This document shows, piece after piece, positions 52,388 to 64,000 of a stretch of DNA of 64,000 nucleotides (positions within the stretch are counted from its first letter, which is position 1; each line of letters starts with the position of its first letter). The stretch comes from the human T2T-CHM13v2.0 reference genome, Homo sapiens. Both the position numbers and the translations under genes were made by a program. The DNA lies in assembly GCF_009914755.1 (NCBI RefSeq), contig NC_060932.1; one strand, written 5' to 3'. The notes under the pieces are model-generated. The model searched no databases and was not told the origin of the DNA. It saw only the letters and a list, made by a program, of their open reading frames with translations.

Positions 52388-52764
52388 TGTAAGTTTGTTT
52401 CTCTCCTTGAAATTCACATATTGAAGCTAGAATAACCCTCAGATTGGCTACCTGTGGAGATATGGCCTAGACTCATGGTGAAATGCGGTCATGAGGGTGC
52501 ACCCTGACTCAATGGGATTAGTGTCTCATGAGAAAAGACACTAAAGAGTTTACATTTTCCTTTTCTCCCCAAGAAGGCTCAGAAGAAAGACCATATGAGG
52601 ACAAAGCAGCTCTCTACAAGCTAGGAAGAAGAGCCTCCACCAGAAGTTGTCTGGAACTTCTGTCTTGGACTTTCCAGCCTCTAGAACTGAGAGAAAGTAA
52701 ATTTCTATTGTTCAAGCCAACCTGTCTATGGAATTTTGTTCTGGAAGCTCAAGCAGACTAATAT
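52388..52764 (+). mobile_element. MLT1A/B-like MaLR LTR
   Basis: AATTCACATATTGAAGC...TCTTGGACTTTCCAGCCTCTAGAACTGAGAGAAAGTAAATTTCTATTGTTCAAGCCA...GCAGACTAATA. Confidence 0.85.
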
Positions 52765-53018
52765 GGGCTCTAATAAAAAGACAAATGTAAGAACAGATGG
52801 GTAATATAAGTTGAGAAATGGAAACTCTAAGAATCAGAAGGAAATGTTCAAAATCAAAATAACAGAAGAATGTCTTTGAGCTCATCAGTTGACTTGAGGC
52901 AGCCAGGAAAATCAATAAGCTTGAATATAGGTCAATAGAAACTTCCCAAACTAAAATGCAAAGAGAAAAAAATAGAACATTACATCCAAGAACAGTGGGA
53001 CAACTTCCATAAGATGTG

Positions 53019-53046
53019 GTGTGTGTGTGTGTGTGTGTGTGTGTGT
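53019..53046. repeat. (GT)14 microsatellite
   Basis: Direct reading. Confidence 0.97.
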
Positions 53047-53345
53047 CTAGCTAGAATATTTAGAACAGAAGGAATACTTAATGGCTTAAAGAGTTCCAAA
53101 AAATACAAAAACCAGAAAGCTCAACACCAAACATAATAAATATACACCTAAAAGCTACATATAGGCATATCATGTTACAACTGCGAGAAACCAGCGACAT
53201 AGAAGAAATATTGACAGAAGCCAGGGTGGAAGGGGCCAAAGGAGAGGAGAGGAGGTTAGGAGAACCAAATGATACCGAAACAAAAACTGGGAAGAATGAC
53301 TTAGAGAAACAAATTTCTCATGAGAAACCATAAAACCAACAATGT

Positions 53346-53751
53346 TGCTATGGTTTGTATCCCTCAAAGTTCATGTGTTAAACTTAATCCCTAACGTAGC
53401 AGTGTTGAGAGATAGGATCTTCAAGAGGTGATATGATCATGATAGGTGCTAGGATAGCTCTGCCATCATGAATGCATTGTCATTATCTTGAGAATGGGTT
53501 AGTGATTGCAAGAGTGAGCTTGTCCCTCTCTTGCTCCATCTTGCAGTCGCTTGCCCTTTGCTTAAGTTGATGCAACAAGGCTCTCACCAGCTGGTGGCAT
53601 GTTGATATTGAATTTTCCAGTCTCCAAAACTGAAATTTTTCTTTATAAACTACCCAGTCTGTAATATTTTGTTACAGCAATGCAAAACAGACAAAAGACA
53701 GGTACCAAGGAGTGGAGCTGTTGCTTTAACAAATACTCAAAAACATGAAAG
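53346..53751 (+). mobile_element. MST-type MaLR LTR plus the start of the internal region
   Basis: TGCTATGGTTTG...AAACTACCCAGTCTG...AAGACA (53700), followed by GGTACCAAGGAGTGGAGCTGTTGC. Confidence 0.85.
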
Positions 53752-54176
53752 TGTAACTAAGGTACAGGCCACACATCTCTTGAAAGCCAAAATTGAGAGA
53801 AGCTTTTGAAAAGGAAAGTCAGCTGTATTCAAGATGCCAGCAATCCAGAGGAGGCAGTGAACTTGTGTTTAAAGACTACCTCTCCAAGCTGTATGTCTGA
53901 ATCTGGGGTTCTTAAGGGAAACTAAGAGAGGACAAACAATGACCAAAGCATTTCTGTGAAATGGTTGTCAGTTAATCATTGTTTTCTTGGTTAATGTCTT
54001 GTGGCCTTCTGCAGGAGCCATCAGGCTGTTCTTCTCAGGCTGATCAGCCCATTCCCAAAGTTCTTGGTCCATGTATTTTATCTCTGAAGGTCCTATTTTC
54101 CTGAGGCTGCTTTTTAATATAATCTACAAACCCAAGCAAAGCAATAATATACAAGCAAACAAGCTCTTCTGTTACA
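53752..54176. mobile_element. ERV1-class solo LTR (family unassigned)
   Basis: Inverted termini TGTAAC...GTTACA, ~425 bp, interrupting the MaLR internal sequence. Confidence 0.6.
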
Positions 54177-54694
54177 GGACACCTGGGTCTGGAAGCAGGG
54201 AACCTCAGGCCAATTAACCCAAACTTCCTAAAGCCTAAACCAAAAGGAGAAACTCCATCTCCCTAGGGTGGAAGAACAAAGGATCAAAGGCTAGTCTCTC
54301 CCTGCAGCCCTCTCACTTCCACCATGTCTCAAGTGGAAAGGGAGGGTGCCTTGGAGTGGCCTTGGGCCAAGCAGGGACAATCCCTTCATCTGCATAGAGT
54401 GCCAATTCACCTCAGCCTTGAATTAAATTCACCTTAGCCTTCAGCCACAGACCAAATCCTTCATATGAGGGGTAACAGATAGGAACCTCAAAAGGAGTAC
54501 TTAAAACCCAGAAAACTTTGTAACTAGGCCCTTGAGCCGTTTGCTCGGGCCCACTCCCACCCTGTGGAGTGCTTTCTCCCTTTAATAAATTCCTGCTTTG
54601 TTCCTGTGTCTCACTCCTTTGTGCGTTTTGTCCAATTCTTTGTTCAAAATGCCAAGGGACCTGGACGACTCATACTCACAGCCTTCCAGTAACA
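54170..54694 (+). mobile_element. ERV1-class solo LTR (MER4/LTR8-group-like)
   Basis: TGTTAC...GTAACA termini. CCCACTCCCACCCTGTGGAGTG, AATAAA (~54584) and TTCTTTGTTCAAAATGCCAAG are present. Confidence 0.78.
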
Positions 54695-54930
54695 GTTTGA
54701 ATGTGTTTCCCAAGATTCATGTGTTGGAAACAAACTTCAGTGTGAGAAGCAGGACCTTAAATAGGATATTAGGGCTCTGCCCTCATGAATGGATGAATGT
54801 CATAATTGTGGGAGTTTGTTTGTCACTGAGAGTAAGTTTGTTATGGAAATGAGTTTAGCCTTATTCTCATGTTGTCACCCTTCTTTCACCACAGGATGAC
54901 ATATCCTTAATATTTTCAGCCTCCCAAACT
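54695..54930 (+). mobile_element. MST-type LTR fragment (possibly the partner LTR of 53346-53700)
   Basis: GTTTGAATGTG...ATTCATGTGTTGGAAAC...GGGCTCTGCCCTCATGAATGGAT. Confidence 0.75.
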
Positions 54931-55200
54931 GGATCTGGGATTCTTAAGGGAAATTAAGGGAGGGACAAACAATGAACAAAGCATTTCTGTGAAATGGTTG
55001 TCAGTTAATCATTGCTTTCTTGGTCAATGTCTTGTGGCCTTCTGCAGGTGCCATCAGGCTGTTCTTCTCAGGCTGACCAGCCCATTCTCAAAATTCTTGG
55101 TCAGTGTATTCTTTTATATACAAGCAAACCAGCTCTTCTGTTACAGAACACCTGGCTAAAGCTGGGTTCATGTAGATGTACAATAGTTGTATACATTAAT

Positions 55201-55673
55201 TGTAGCAGGACGAGCCACAGACAAAACCTCTTAGACACCGAGTTGTAGAAGGAAGGGCTTTATTCAGCTAGGAGCATCGGCCAGCTACTGTCTCAAAATC
55301 TGAGCTCCTCGAGTGCACAATTTGTCCCTTTTAAGGGCTCACAACACTAAAGATTTCACATGAAAGGGAGGGTCATGATTGATTTGAGCAAGCAAGGGGT
55401 ACATGACAGGGGCTGCATGCAATGGTGCTCAGGGAGAAACAGAACAGGGCAGGGAGTTTCACAATGTTCTTCTATAGAATGTCTGGAATCTATGAATAAC
55501 ATCAGTTTCTAAGTCATAAGTTGATTTTTAACTACTGGGTTTAGGCCAGGCAGGCCCAGGCCTGGTTTCGGGCCTGGCACTGGGCTTGCCTGTCTTTGGT
55601 TTTACTTCCTTGTTGTTTTTAACTGAGTATAAAACAATGTAAAACAATATGAGAGGGTCTCTCTCTTCTCTCA
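55201..55673 (-). mobile_element. ERV1 solo LTR (LTR15-like)
   Basis: Minus strand TGAGAGAAGAGAGAGACCCTCTCATATTG...AATAAAGCCCTTCC...GTCCTGCTACA. 4-bp TSD TAAT. Confidence 0.85.
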
Positions 55674-55842
55674 TAATAAGGTACATGTGATTTTGATAAA
55701 ATATACAATATATAATGATCAAATAAGGCATCACCTCAAATATTATTTCTTTGTGTTAGAAACATTCCAATTCCACTATTCCATTTCTAAAAATAGAATA
55801 AACTGACTAACAGCTGCTCTATTGTGCTACTAAATGCTAGAT

Positions 55843-56400
55843 TGTTAGTCTCACCAATGCATCACAATGTAGCAGTCTTTCGTAACCCCAGGTATCACCT
55901 GAAGTTTTTTGACTCAGGTCCAAGAAAGTTAAGGAACGTGGACACCAAGGGTGAAGTTGGAGTGGAAGTTTTAATAAGCAAAAGAAGAAAGCTGTCTGCT
56001 GCAGAGAGGGGACACAGAAGAGGATTGCTGTGTTTACAGTTGAATGCAAAGGCTTTTATAAGAAAGCCATAAGGGCTGTACATCTTATCTGCTTAAGGCA
56101 TGAATTTCTGGTAGCTTCACCCCATCCTCCTAATGCACAATGCAGGCCCTTTGCTTGAGTTACTCCATATTGCTTTGTTCCCCTTACTGTGCATGTGCCG
56201 GGGATGGAATATTCCATTGTGGGCATGTCTATACAAGTCACCTGTATAGCCTTTCTTATCTGTGTGGTTGTGGGTATGTCTCAGGCAAGCACCCCTGTGC
56301 AAGTTCCCTTGTCTCTGCAGGCTGTTCCTTTGTTTGGAAGAATTCAACCAAGCACCCACCCTAACTGCCTGCCTAACTGGTTTCTTCCTTTCTCCTCTCA
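55843..56400 (-). mobile_element. MER61-like ERV1 solo LTR
   Basis: Minus strand TGAGAGGAGAAAGGAAGAAACCAGTTAGGCAGGCAGTTAGGGTGGG...CTAACA. 4-bp TSD AGAT, with a p53-like cluster inside. Confidence 0.85.
56221..56240. promoter_or_regulatory. p53 response element-like site
   Basis: GGGCATGTCT ATACAAGTCA: first half-site is a perfect RRRCWWGYYY, second has 2 mismatches outside the core, spacer 0. Confidence 0.6.
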
Positions 56401-57339
56401 AGATCCTATTACTTCTAATTGCATTTTGTACCCATTTAATCAGGCCATCTTCATGCCCACCTCTCCACTACTCCTCCCAATCCCTAGTCACTTTCATTTT
56501 ACTCTCTATCTCCATAAGATCAACTTTTTTAGCTCTAACATGAGGGATGACATAAACTATTTGTCTTTAAAAATTTTTTGATACCTTGTGTTTATATATA
56601 CTTGTGGAGTACATGTGAAATTGTGTTACATGCATAGGCTATAATCAAGTCAGAACATTTAGGGTATTCATCACCTCATGTATTTTCTGTTCTGGGGGAG
56701 ATTTCAAGTCCTGCCTGGCTTATTTCACTTTAACACAATGTCTAGTTCCATCCATGTTGCCATGAATTACAGGATTTAATTATTTAATGGCTGTGTGGTA
56801 TTCCACTGTGTATATATCCCATATTTATTCATCTGTTGTTGGATACCTAAGTTGATCCTATATGTTGGCTATTGTGAATAGTGCTGCAATAAACATAAGA
56901 GAGCAGCTATCTCTTCACAATACAGATTTCCTTTCTTTTGAATATATACCCAGCAATGGGATTGCTGAATCATTTGGTAGTTCTGATTGTAGCTTTTGAA
57001 AGAACCTGCATGTTGTTTCCATAGTGGCTCTACCAATTTATATTCCCACCAACAGTATACAAGTATTCCCCCTTTTTCCACATTCTTGCCAGCACCGTTT
57101 TTTAATAAGGCATTTTAACTACAGTGAGATGATATGTAATGGTTTGATTTGCCTTTCTGCCTAGTGTTGTCAAGTATTCTTGATATTCCCTTTGGTCATT
57201 TGTCTCTTGAGAAATGTCTATTCAGATATTTTGCTTCAGTTTCTAATACATCCTGGTGGTTAATCCGTTGAGTTGGTTAGTCTGAGCATGTTCTATAGGT
57301 TGTCTCTTCACTCTGTTAATTGTAACCTTTGTGCAGAAG

Positions 57340-60300
57340 TCATCACAGAAATACAAAAATTCTAAAATTTACGTGGAACAAAAAAAGATCCAGATAGCCA
57401 AAGCAATGCTAAGCAAAAATAACCAAGTGAGAGACATCGCATTACCTGATGATATGGTTTGGCTGTGTACCCACCCAAATCTCATTTTGGATTGTAGCTC
57501 CCATAATCTCCCTATGTTGTGGGAGGTAATTGAATCATGGGTGTGGGTTTTTCCCATGCTGTTCTCATGATAGTGAATATTCCCATGAGATCTGATGGTC
57601 TTATAAAGGGCAGTTCCTCTTGCCCACCTCTATGTAATACATGACTTTGCTCCTCATTCACCTTCTGCCATGATTGTGAGGCCTCCCCAGCCATGTGGAA
57701 CTGTGAGCAAATTAAACCTTTTTCCTTTATAAATTACCCAGTCTTGAGTGTGTCTTTATTAGCAGCATAAGAACAGATTAATACAGTAAATTGGTACTAG
57801 GTAGGGCAGGGTGGGGGGTGCTGCTGTAAAGATACCTGAAAATGTGGAAGTGACTTTGGAACTGGGTAACAGGAAGAGGTTGGAACAGTCTGGAGGGCTC
57901 AGAAGAAGGCAGGAAAATGTGGCAAAGTTTGGAACTTCCTAGAGATTTAGAGGGTTCAGAAGATGGGAGGTTGTGGGAAAGTTTGGAACTTCCTAGAGGC
58001 TTGTTGAATGGCTTTGACCAAATGCTGCTCCTCTCAGATGGAGATGAGGAACTTGTTGGGAACTGGAATAAAGGTGAGTCTTGCTGTGTTTTAGCAAAGA
58101 GACTGGTGGCATTTTGCTCCTGCCCTAGAGATCTGTGGAGCTTTGAGAGAGATGAGTTGGGGTATCTGGAAGAAATTTCTAAGCAGCAAAGCATTCAAGA
58201 GGCAGCAGAGCATAAAAGTTTGGAAAATGTGCAGCCTGATGATGCTATAGAAAAGAGAACTCCATTTTCTAGGGAGAAACTCAAGCTGGGGCTGCAGGAA
58301 TCTGCATAAGTAATGAGGAGCCAAATGTTAATTACCAAGACAATGGGGAATATGTCTCCGGGGCATGTCAGAGAACTTCACAGCAGCCCCTCCCATCACA
58401 GGCCTGGAAGCCTAGGAGGGAAATATGGTTTCCTGGGCTGGCCCCAGGGCCCCACTGCTCTATGCAGCCTTGGGACATGGTGCCCTGTGTCCCAGCTGCT
58501 TCAGCTCTGGCCATGGCTAAAAGGTGCCAACATACAGCTCAGGCCACGGCTTCAAAGAATGTAAGCCCCAAGCCTTGGTGGCTTACATGTGGTGTTGGGC
58601 CTATGGGTGCACAGAAGTCAAGAATTGAGATTTGGGAACCTTCACCTAGATTTCAGAGGATGTCTGGAAACACATGGATGTCCAGGCAGAAGTTTGGGGC
58701 AGAGGCAGAACCCTCATGGAGAACTGCTAAGGCAGTGTAGAAGAGAAATGTGGGGTCAGAGATCCCACAGAGTCCCCACTGAGGCACTGCCTAGCGGAGC
58801 TGTGAGAAGAGGGCCACCATCCCCAAGACCCCAGAATGGTAGATTCACCAACAGCTTGCACCGTGCACCTGGAAAAGCTGCAGACAATCCCAGTCCATGA
58901 AAGCAGCCAGGAGTGGGGCTGTACCCTGAAAAGCCACAGGAGCAGAGCTGCCTAAGACCATGGGAGCCCATCTCTTGCATCAGTATGACCTTGGATGTGA
59001 GACACAGAATCAAAGGAGATCACTTAGGAGCTTTAAGATTCAACTGCCCCATTGGATTTCAGACTCATCTGGGGCCTGTAGCCCCTTTGTTTTGACCAAT
59101 CTCTCCCATTTGGAATGGATGCATTTACCCAATGCCTTTACCCACATTGTATCTAGGAGGTAACTAACTTGCTTTTGATTTTATAGGCTCATGGCAGGAG
59201 GGACTTGCCTTGTCTTAGATGAAAATTTGGGCTGTGGACTTTTGAGTTAATGCTGAAATGAGTTAAGACTTTGGGGGAACTATTGCAAAGGCATGATTGG
59301 TTTAGAAATGTGAACATGAGATTTGGGAGGAACCAGGGAGGAATGACATGGTTTGGCTATGTCCCCACCCAAATCTCATCTTAAGTTATAGCTCCCATAA
59401 TCCCCACATATTGTGGGAGGGATTCAGTGGGAGGTAACTGAATCATGGAGGTGGATTTTCACCATGCTTTTCTCATGATAGTGAATAAGTCTCATGAGAT
59501 CTGATGGTTTTGGTAAAGGGCAGTTCCCCTATACAGGCTTTCTTGCCTGCCACTGTGTAAGACATGACTTTGCTCCTCATTCACCTTCTACCATGATTGT
59601 GAGGCCTCCCCAGCCATATGGAACTGTGTGTCCATTAGACCTTTTCCTTTATAAATTACCTAGTCTTGAGTATATCTTTATTAGCATGAGAACAGACTAA
59701 TACACCTGACTTCAAATTATACCACAAAGTTACCATAACCAAACAGCATGACACTGGCATTAACAGACTTATGTACCAATGAATTAGAGAACTCAGAAAT
59801 TCACTTATTTACAGCCAACTGATTTGGACAAAAGTACAAAGAATACTCACTGGGAAGAGGACAGTCTCTTCAATAAATGGTGCTGGGACAACTGGATATC
59901 CATTTGCAGAAGAATGAAACGAGACCCCTTATCTCACCATATACAAAAATTAACACAAAATGTATCAAACTAAATATAAGGCCCAGACTATAAAGCTACT
60001 AGAAAACATAGGGAAAACACTTCAGTGCACTTGTCTGAAAAACACAAGACCTAAAATGTACAGGCATCAAAAATAGACAAATGGAATTATATAGAACTAA
60101 AATGTTTCTGCACAGCAAAAGAAAGTGACAAGGTAACTTACAGAATGGGATAAAGTATTTGCAAACTATTCATCCAACAGGGGATTAATAACCAAAATAT
60201 ACAAGAAACTCAACAGCAAAAATCTAAAGACAATCTGAACAGGTATCTTCTCAAGAACATATAAATGGCCAACAAAATATGTCAACATCACTAATCATGA

Positions 60301-61110
60301 GGTAAATACAAACCACAATGAAGCATCTTCTTACCATAGTTAAGATGGCTATTATGAAAAAGACAAAAATGCTGGTAAGAATGTGAAGAAAAGGGAACCT
60401 TGTACACATTGGTGGGAACGTAAACTAGTACAGTCACCACAGAGAACAGTATGGAGATTCCTCAAAGTTTAAAAATATATAACTACCCTGTGATCCAGTA
60501 ATTCTATTGGGTAGTTACCCAAAGGAATTGAAGTCATTACATCAAAAAAGACATCTGCACCCCTATATTTATGGCAGCACTATTCCCAATAGCCAAGATA
60601 GTCAAACTAGGTGTCCAACAGACAATAAGGAAAATGTGGATAAAGTACAATGGAATACTACTCAGCAATTAAAATCCTATTATTCATGGAAACATGGATG
60701 GAACTGGAGGATATTAAGTGAAATAAGCTATGAGCAGAAAGTAAAACACATGTTCTGACTCTTACATGGAAACTTAAAGTTGACCTCTTAAGTCAACAGT
60801 AGAAACTCAATGATATTCTGAGGCTGAGAATAGGAAAGGGAAAAATAGGGAAAGATCTATTAAAGTATACACAATCACAGCTTGAAAGGAGGAATACATT
60901 CTAGTGTTCTATACCACTGTAGAATGACTATAGTTAACTTATAGTTTCAAGGATACTATAGATAGATACTAGAAGGATATTGAATGTTCCCAACACAAAT
61001 GATGTCTCAGATGATTACCCTGATCTTGTCACTATACATTATATATACTGAAACATCACCGAACCCCATAAATATGTACAATATTGTCAATTAAAATGTA
61101 TTTTAAAAAA
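57340..61110 (+). mobile_element. L1MA 3' portion (ORF2 end plus 3' UTR), split by THE1
   Basis: ATAGCCAAAGCAAT...TACCTGA|CTTCAAATTAT...CTTCAATAAATGGTGCTGGG...TTGAATGTTCCCAACACAAA...GTCAATTAAAA. Confidence 0.9.
57450..59704 (+). mobile_element. Full-length THE1 (THE1D-like) MaLR provirus
   Basis: LTRs at 57450-57785 and 59344-59704, ~1.56-kb internal region starting GTAAATTGGTAC, 5-bp TSD CCTGA. Confidence 0.96.
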
Positions 61111-64000
61111 CAATACTAATGGAAAAATCAAAGGAAGACAGCAAGAGGAAGAAAGGAACAAAAGATCTATAAAACAACCAGAAAATGTCAGTACTTACCT
61201 ATTAATAACTACCTTGAACATAAGTGGTCTAAATTCTCCATGTAAAAGGCAGAGTGGATGAATAGATCATTTAAAAAGACTCCATGCTGCCTTTAATAAC
61301 TCACTTGACCTGTAAGTACACCTATAGCATAAAAGTGAAGAAATGGAAAAAGATACTCCAGGTGATTTGGATCTGTGTCCCCACCCAAATCTCATATGGG
61401 ATTGTAATGTTGGGGTGGGGCCTGGTGGGAGGTGATTGGATCATGGGGGTGGTTTCTCATGGTTTAACACCATCCCTCTTGGTGCCATTGTTGTAATAGT
61501 AAAGTCTCGTGAGATCTGGTTGTTTAAAAGTGCGTGGCACCACCCCACATGCCCCTTCCTCCTCCTCCTCTAGCCAGGTAAGATGTGCTTGCTTTCTCAT
61601 CACCATCTGTCATGATTATAAGTTTCCTGAGGCTTCCCTAGAAGCTGATGCCACTATGCTTCCTGTACAACCTGTAGAACTGTGAGACAATTAAACCTCG
61701 TTATAAACTCCCCAGTCTCAGGTGTTCCTTTACAGCAGTGTGAGAACAGACTAATATACCATGCAACTGGAAACCAAAAGACAGCAGGAGTAGCTATACT
61801 TATCAGGTAAGCTAAAAGTCAGAAACTTTAAAATTAGACAAGTCATTCATTAATAAACGGGTCAATTCATCAAGATATAACAAGTATAAATACATATGAA
61901 TCCAACTAGGAGCACATAAACATGTAAAGCAGATATTAATAGAATTGAAGGGAGAGATAGACTCTAAAATAGTAGGGAAATTTAATACCCTACTTTCAGC
62001 AATAGATTGATCATCCAGAGAGAAAAATCAGAAAACATCAGACTTCAACTGCACTTTAGATGAACTAAGCCTAGCAAGACATTCACAGAACAATTAACCC
62101 AAAAATGCATTTTTTAAAAGCACAAACAGAATTTTCTCCAAGATAGATTATATGGTAGGTTACAAAGCAAGTTTTAGAAACTTTAAGATGGGAGTATATG
62201 CTCAAGGCAACTTGAAGTTGCAGAAACTATAAAAGAAAAACCGTAAGATTGAAAATCACATTACGTATCTTTTCTGAGCACAGTATTAAACTAGAAATTC
62301 AGAAAACTTATAAATATATACAAATTAAACATGTTGCTGAGCAATCAATGGGTCAATGAAGCAATTAAAGTTTAAATGTCTTGAGACAAAGTGGTGTATA
62401 ACGTTCCTAAAGGTATCAGATGCAGAAAAAGCCATTCTGAGCATTTATAGCAATAAATGCCTCTATCAAAGATCTCAAAAAACCTAACATTACACAAGGG
62501 ACTAGAACAAATTAAGCCCAAAGTTAGTTAAAAAAAAAAAATGAAATAAAGACCATAGCAGAAGTAAACAATAGACTAGAAAGAGAGAATATCAATAAGA
62601 GTTTTTTCAAAAATAAGCCATTAGCTAAGACTCAGATTTGAAAAATCAGTTCTTTTGAATTTCTGATAAATTCAGAGAATCATAAGAGCCTACTATGAAC
62701 AATTATGTACCAAGTAGATCACCTAGAAAGTGGATAAACCCCTAGACACATACTGCTTACCCAGATTAAGGCACAAAGAAAAAATCTGAACATACCAATA
62801 ATGAGTAAGATTGAATCAGTAAGTAAGGTCTCCCATCAAAGAAAAGCCCAGGACCTGATGGATGTGCTGAATTCTACCAAACATTTAAAGAATGGTTACC
62901 AGTCCTTCCCCAACATTTCTAAAAATTCAAGTGAAGGTAATACTTCCAAATACACTTTATGAAGCCAGCATTACCCTGATACCAAAGCTGACAAGGACAC
63001 GTTAGACTAACATCCCTGAAGAACATAATGCAAAAATCCTCAAAATACTAGCAAACCAAATTCAAGAGCACATTAAAAGCACTCACAATCGAGTGGGGCT
63101 TATCACAGGGATGCAAGAGTGGTTCAGTATGTGTAAACTCATAAATGTGCAACCACATTAACAGAACAGACAAACCATAAGACCATATCGATAGATGCAG
63201 AAAAAGCATTTGACAAAACTGCCTTGTAATGAGGCATCTCAAACTAGGTACAGAAGAAATGAGCCACAACACAATAAAGGCCATGTGACAAAGCCACAGC
63301 TGACATACTCTATGGTGAAAAGCTGAAAGCTTCTCCTCTAAGATCCTGGAGCAAGACAAGGATGGCCATTTGGATACCTCTATTTAACATAGTATTAGAA
63401 GCCCTAGCCAGAGCAATTAGGTAAAAAGAAAGTAAAACATTTAAATTAGAAAAGAAATTAAATTGTCCCTGTATGCAGATGATCTGATACATGTAGAAAA
63501 TCCTAAACACATCACTAAAAACTTATTAGAACCAATAAATGACTTCAGAAAAGTGGCAGGATACAAAATGAACTTACAAAAATTAGACATGTTTCTAACA
63601 CTATCTGAAAAATCAGGAAGACCATCCCACTTACGACAGCTAGGAATGTACTCAAAATTAAGCAAGTAAGAACCTGTACACTGAAAACTACAAGATATTG
63701 AAAGAAGTTAGATACAAATGAAAGAGACCCTCAGTTCATATTGGAAGAATTCATACTATTAAAATGTCCATACCACTCAAAGCAATCCAGGGATTCAACA
63801 TAATCCCCATCAAAATTCCAATGTCGTTATTCAAAGAAATAAGACAATCCTAAAACAGGTATGGAACCATAGGAGTGTCTCCCACCATAGCCAAAGCAAT
63901 TCTGAGCAAAAAGAACAAAGCTGGCGGCCTCACACTACCTGTCTTGATTATTATAGTTTTGTAGTATGTTAAAGACAGCATGGTGCTGACCTAAAAACAG
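61111..64000 (+). mobile_element. Older L1M ORF2 region (EN to RT), decayed
   Basis: AAAAGCCCAGGACCTGATGG, CAGCATTACCCTGATACCAAA, GATGCAGAAAAAGCATTTGACAAAA. ORF 63463-63669 reads SLYADDLI (the RT FADD-equivalent motif). Confidence 0.92.
61362..61758 (+). mobile_element. MSTA-like solo LTR
   Basis: TTTGGATCTGTGTCCCCACCCAAATCTCAT...CTTCCTGTACAACCTGTAGAACTGTGAG...GAACAGACTAATATA. TSD-like CCAGG / CCATG. Confidence 0.9.

Larger units (their letters stand above)
51335..53345 (+). mobile_element. Old L1M 5' UTR/ORF1 remnant
   Basis: A-rich ORF1-like sequence (AATCAATAAGCTTGAATATAGGTCAATAGAAAC, CCAGAAAGCTCAACACCAAAC, TAGGCATATCATG), interrupted by an MLT1 LTR and a (GT)n tract. Confidence 0.7.
55674..57338 (-). 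mobile_element. Two L1MA 3'-end fragments (55674-56565, split by an LTR, and 56570-57338)
   Basis: GTACATGTGA...CATCACCTCA motif occurs twice. ATATACCCAGCAATGGGATTGCTG and TTCCCACCAACAGT are present. Confidence 0.8.

Noticed and set aside
57884-58000. ~57-bp tandem duplication and ORFs inside THE1-int
   Set aside because: As far as I recall this is a common feature of THE1 internal sequence. The ORFs are fragmented MaLR remnants.

Overview
Primate (human-like) non-coding genomic DNA: CpG-depleted, with Alu, L1PA and THE1 elements. No protein-coding gene, structural RNA or CRISPR array is supported; the ORF track is mostly transposon debris. There are three zones. (1) 1-6008 is a near-complete, decayed ERV-L provirus on the minus strand with MLT2-type LTRs, a tRNA-Leu PBS and protease, RT and dUTPase remnants. 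(2) ~6.3-47.1 kb is an old, diverged, shuffled local macro-repeat that matches no transposon I recognise. It is built from 0.6-2 kb modules present 3-7 times each, with a basic cycle of ~4.3-4.5 kb. It carries repeated plus-strand exon-like cassettes, a small conserved hairpin, a minisatellite, a complex inverted duplication, a MADE1 hairpin and a full-length L1PA7/8-like element with an open ORF0-like frame. (3) ~47-64 kb is MIR/L2-type sequence followed by a nested pile of L1M, MaLR (MLT1/MST/THE1) and ERV1-class LTRs. The most interesting signal is zone 2, which looks like a repeat-built, plus-strand multi-exon lncRNA or small-RNA host locus. That reading is inference, and I could not identify the locus. 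All subfamily names were assigned by eye from remembered consensus sequences, and boundaries are approximate unless a TSD is quoted.
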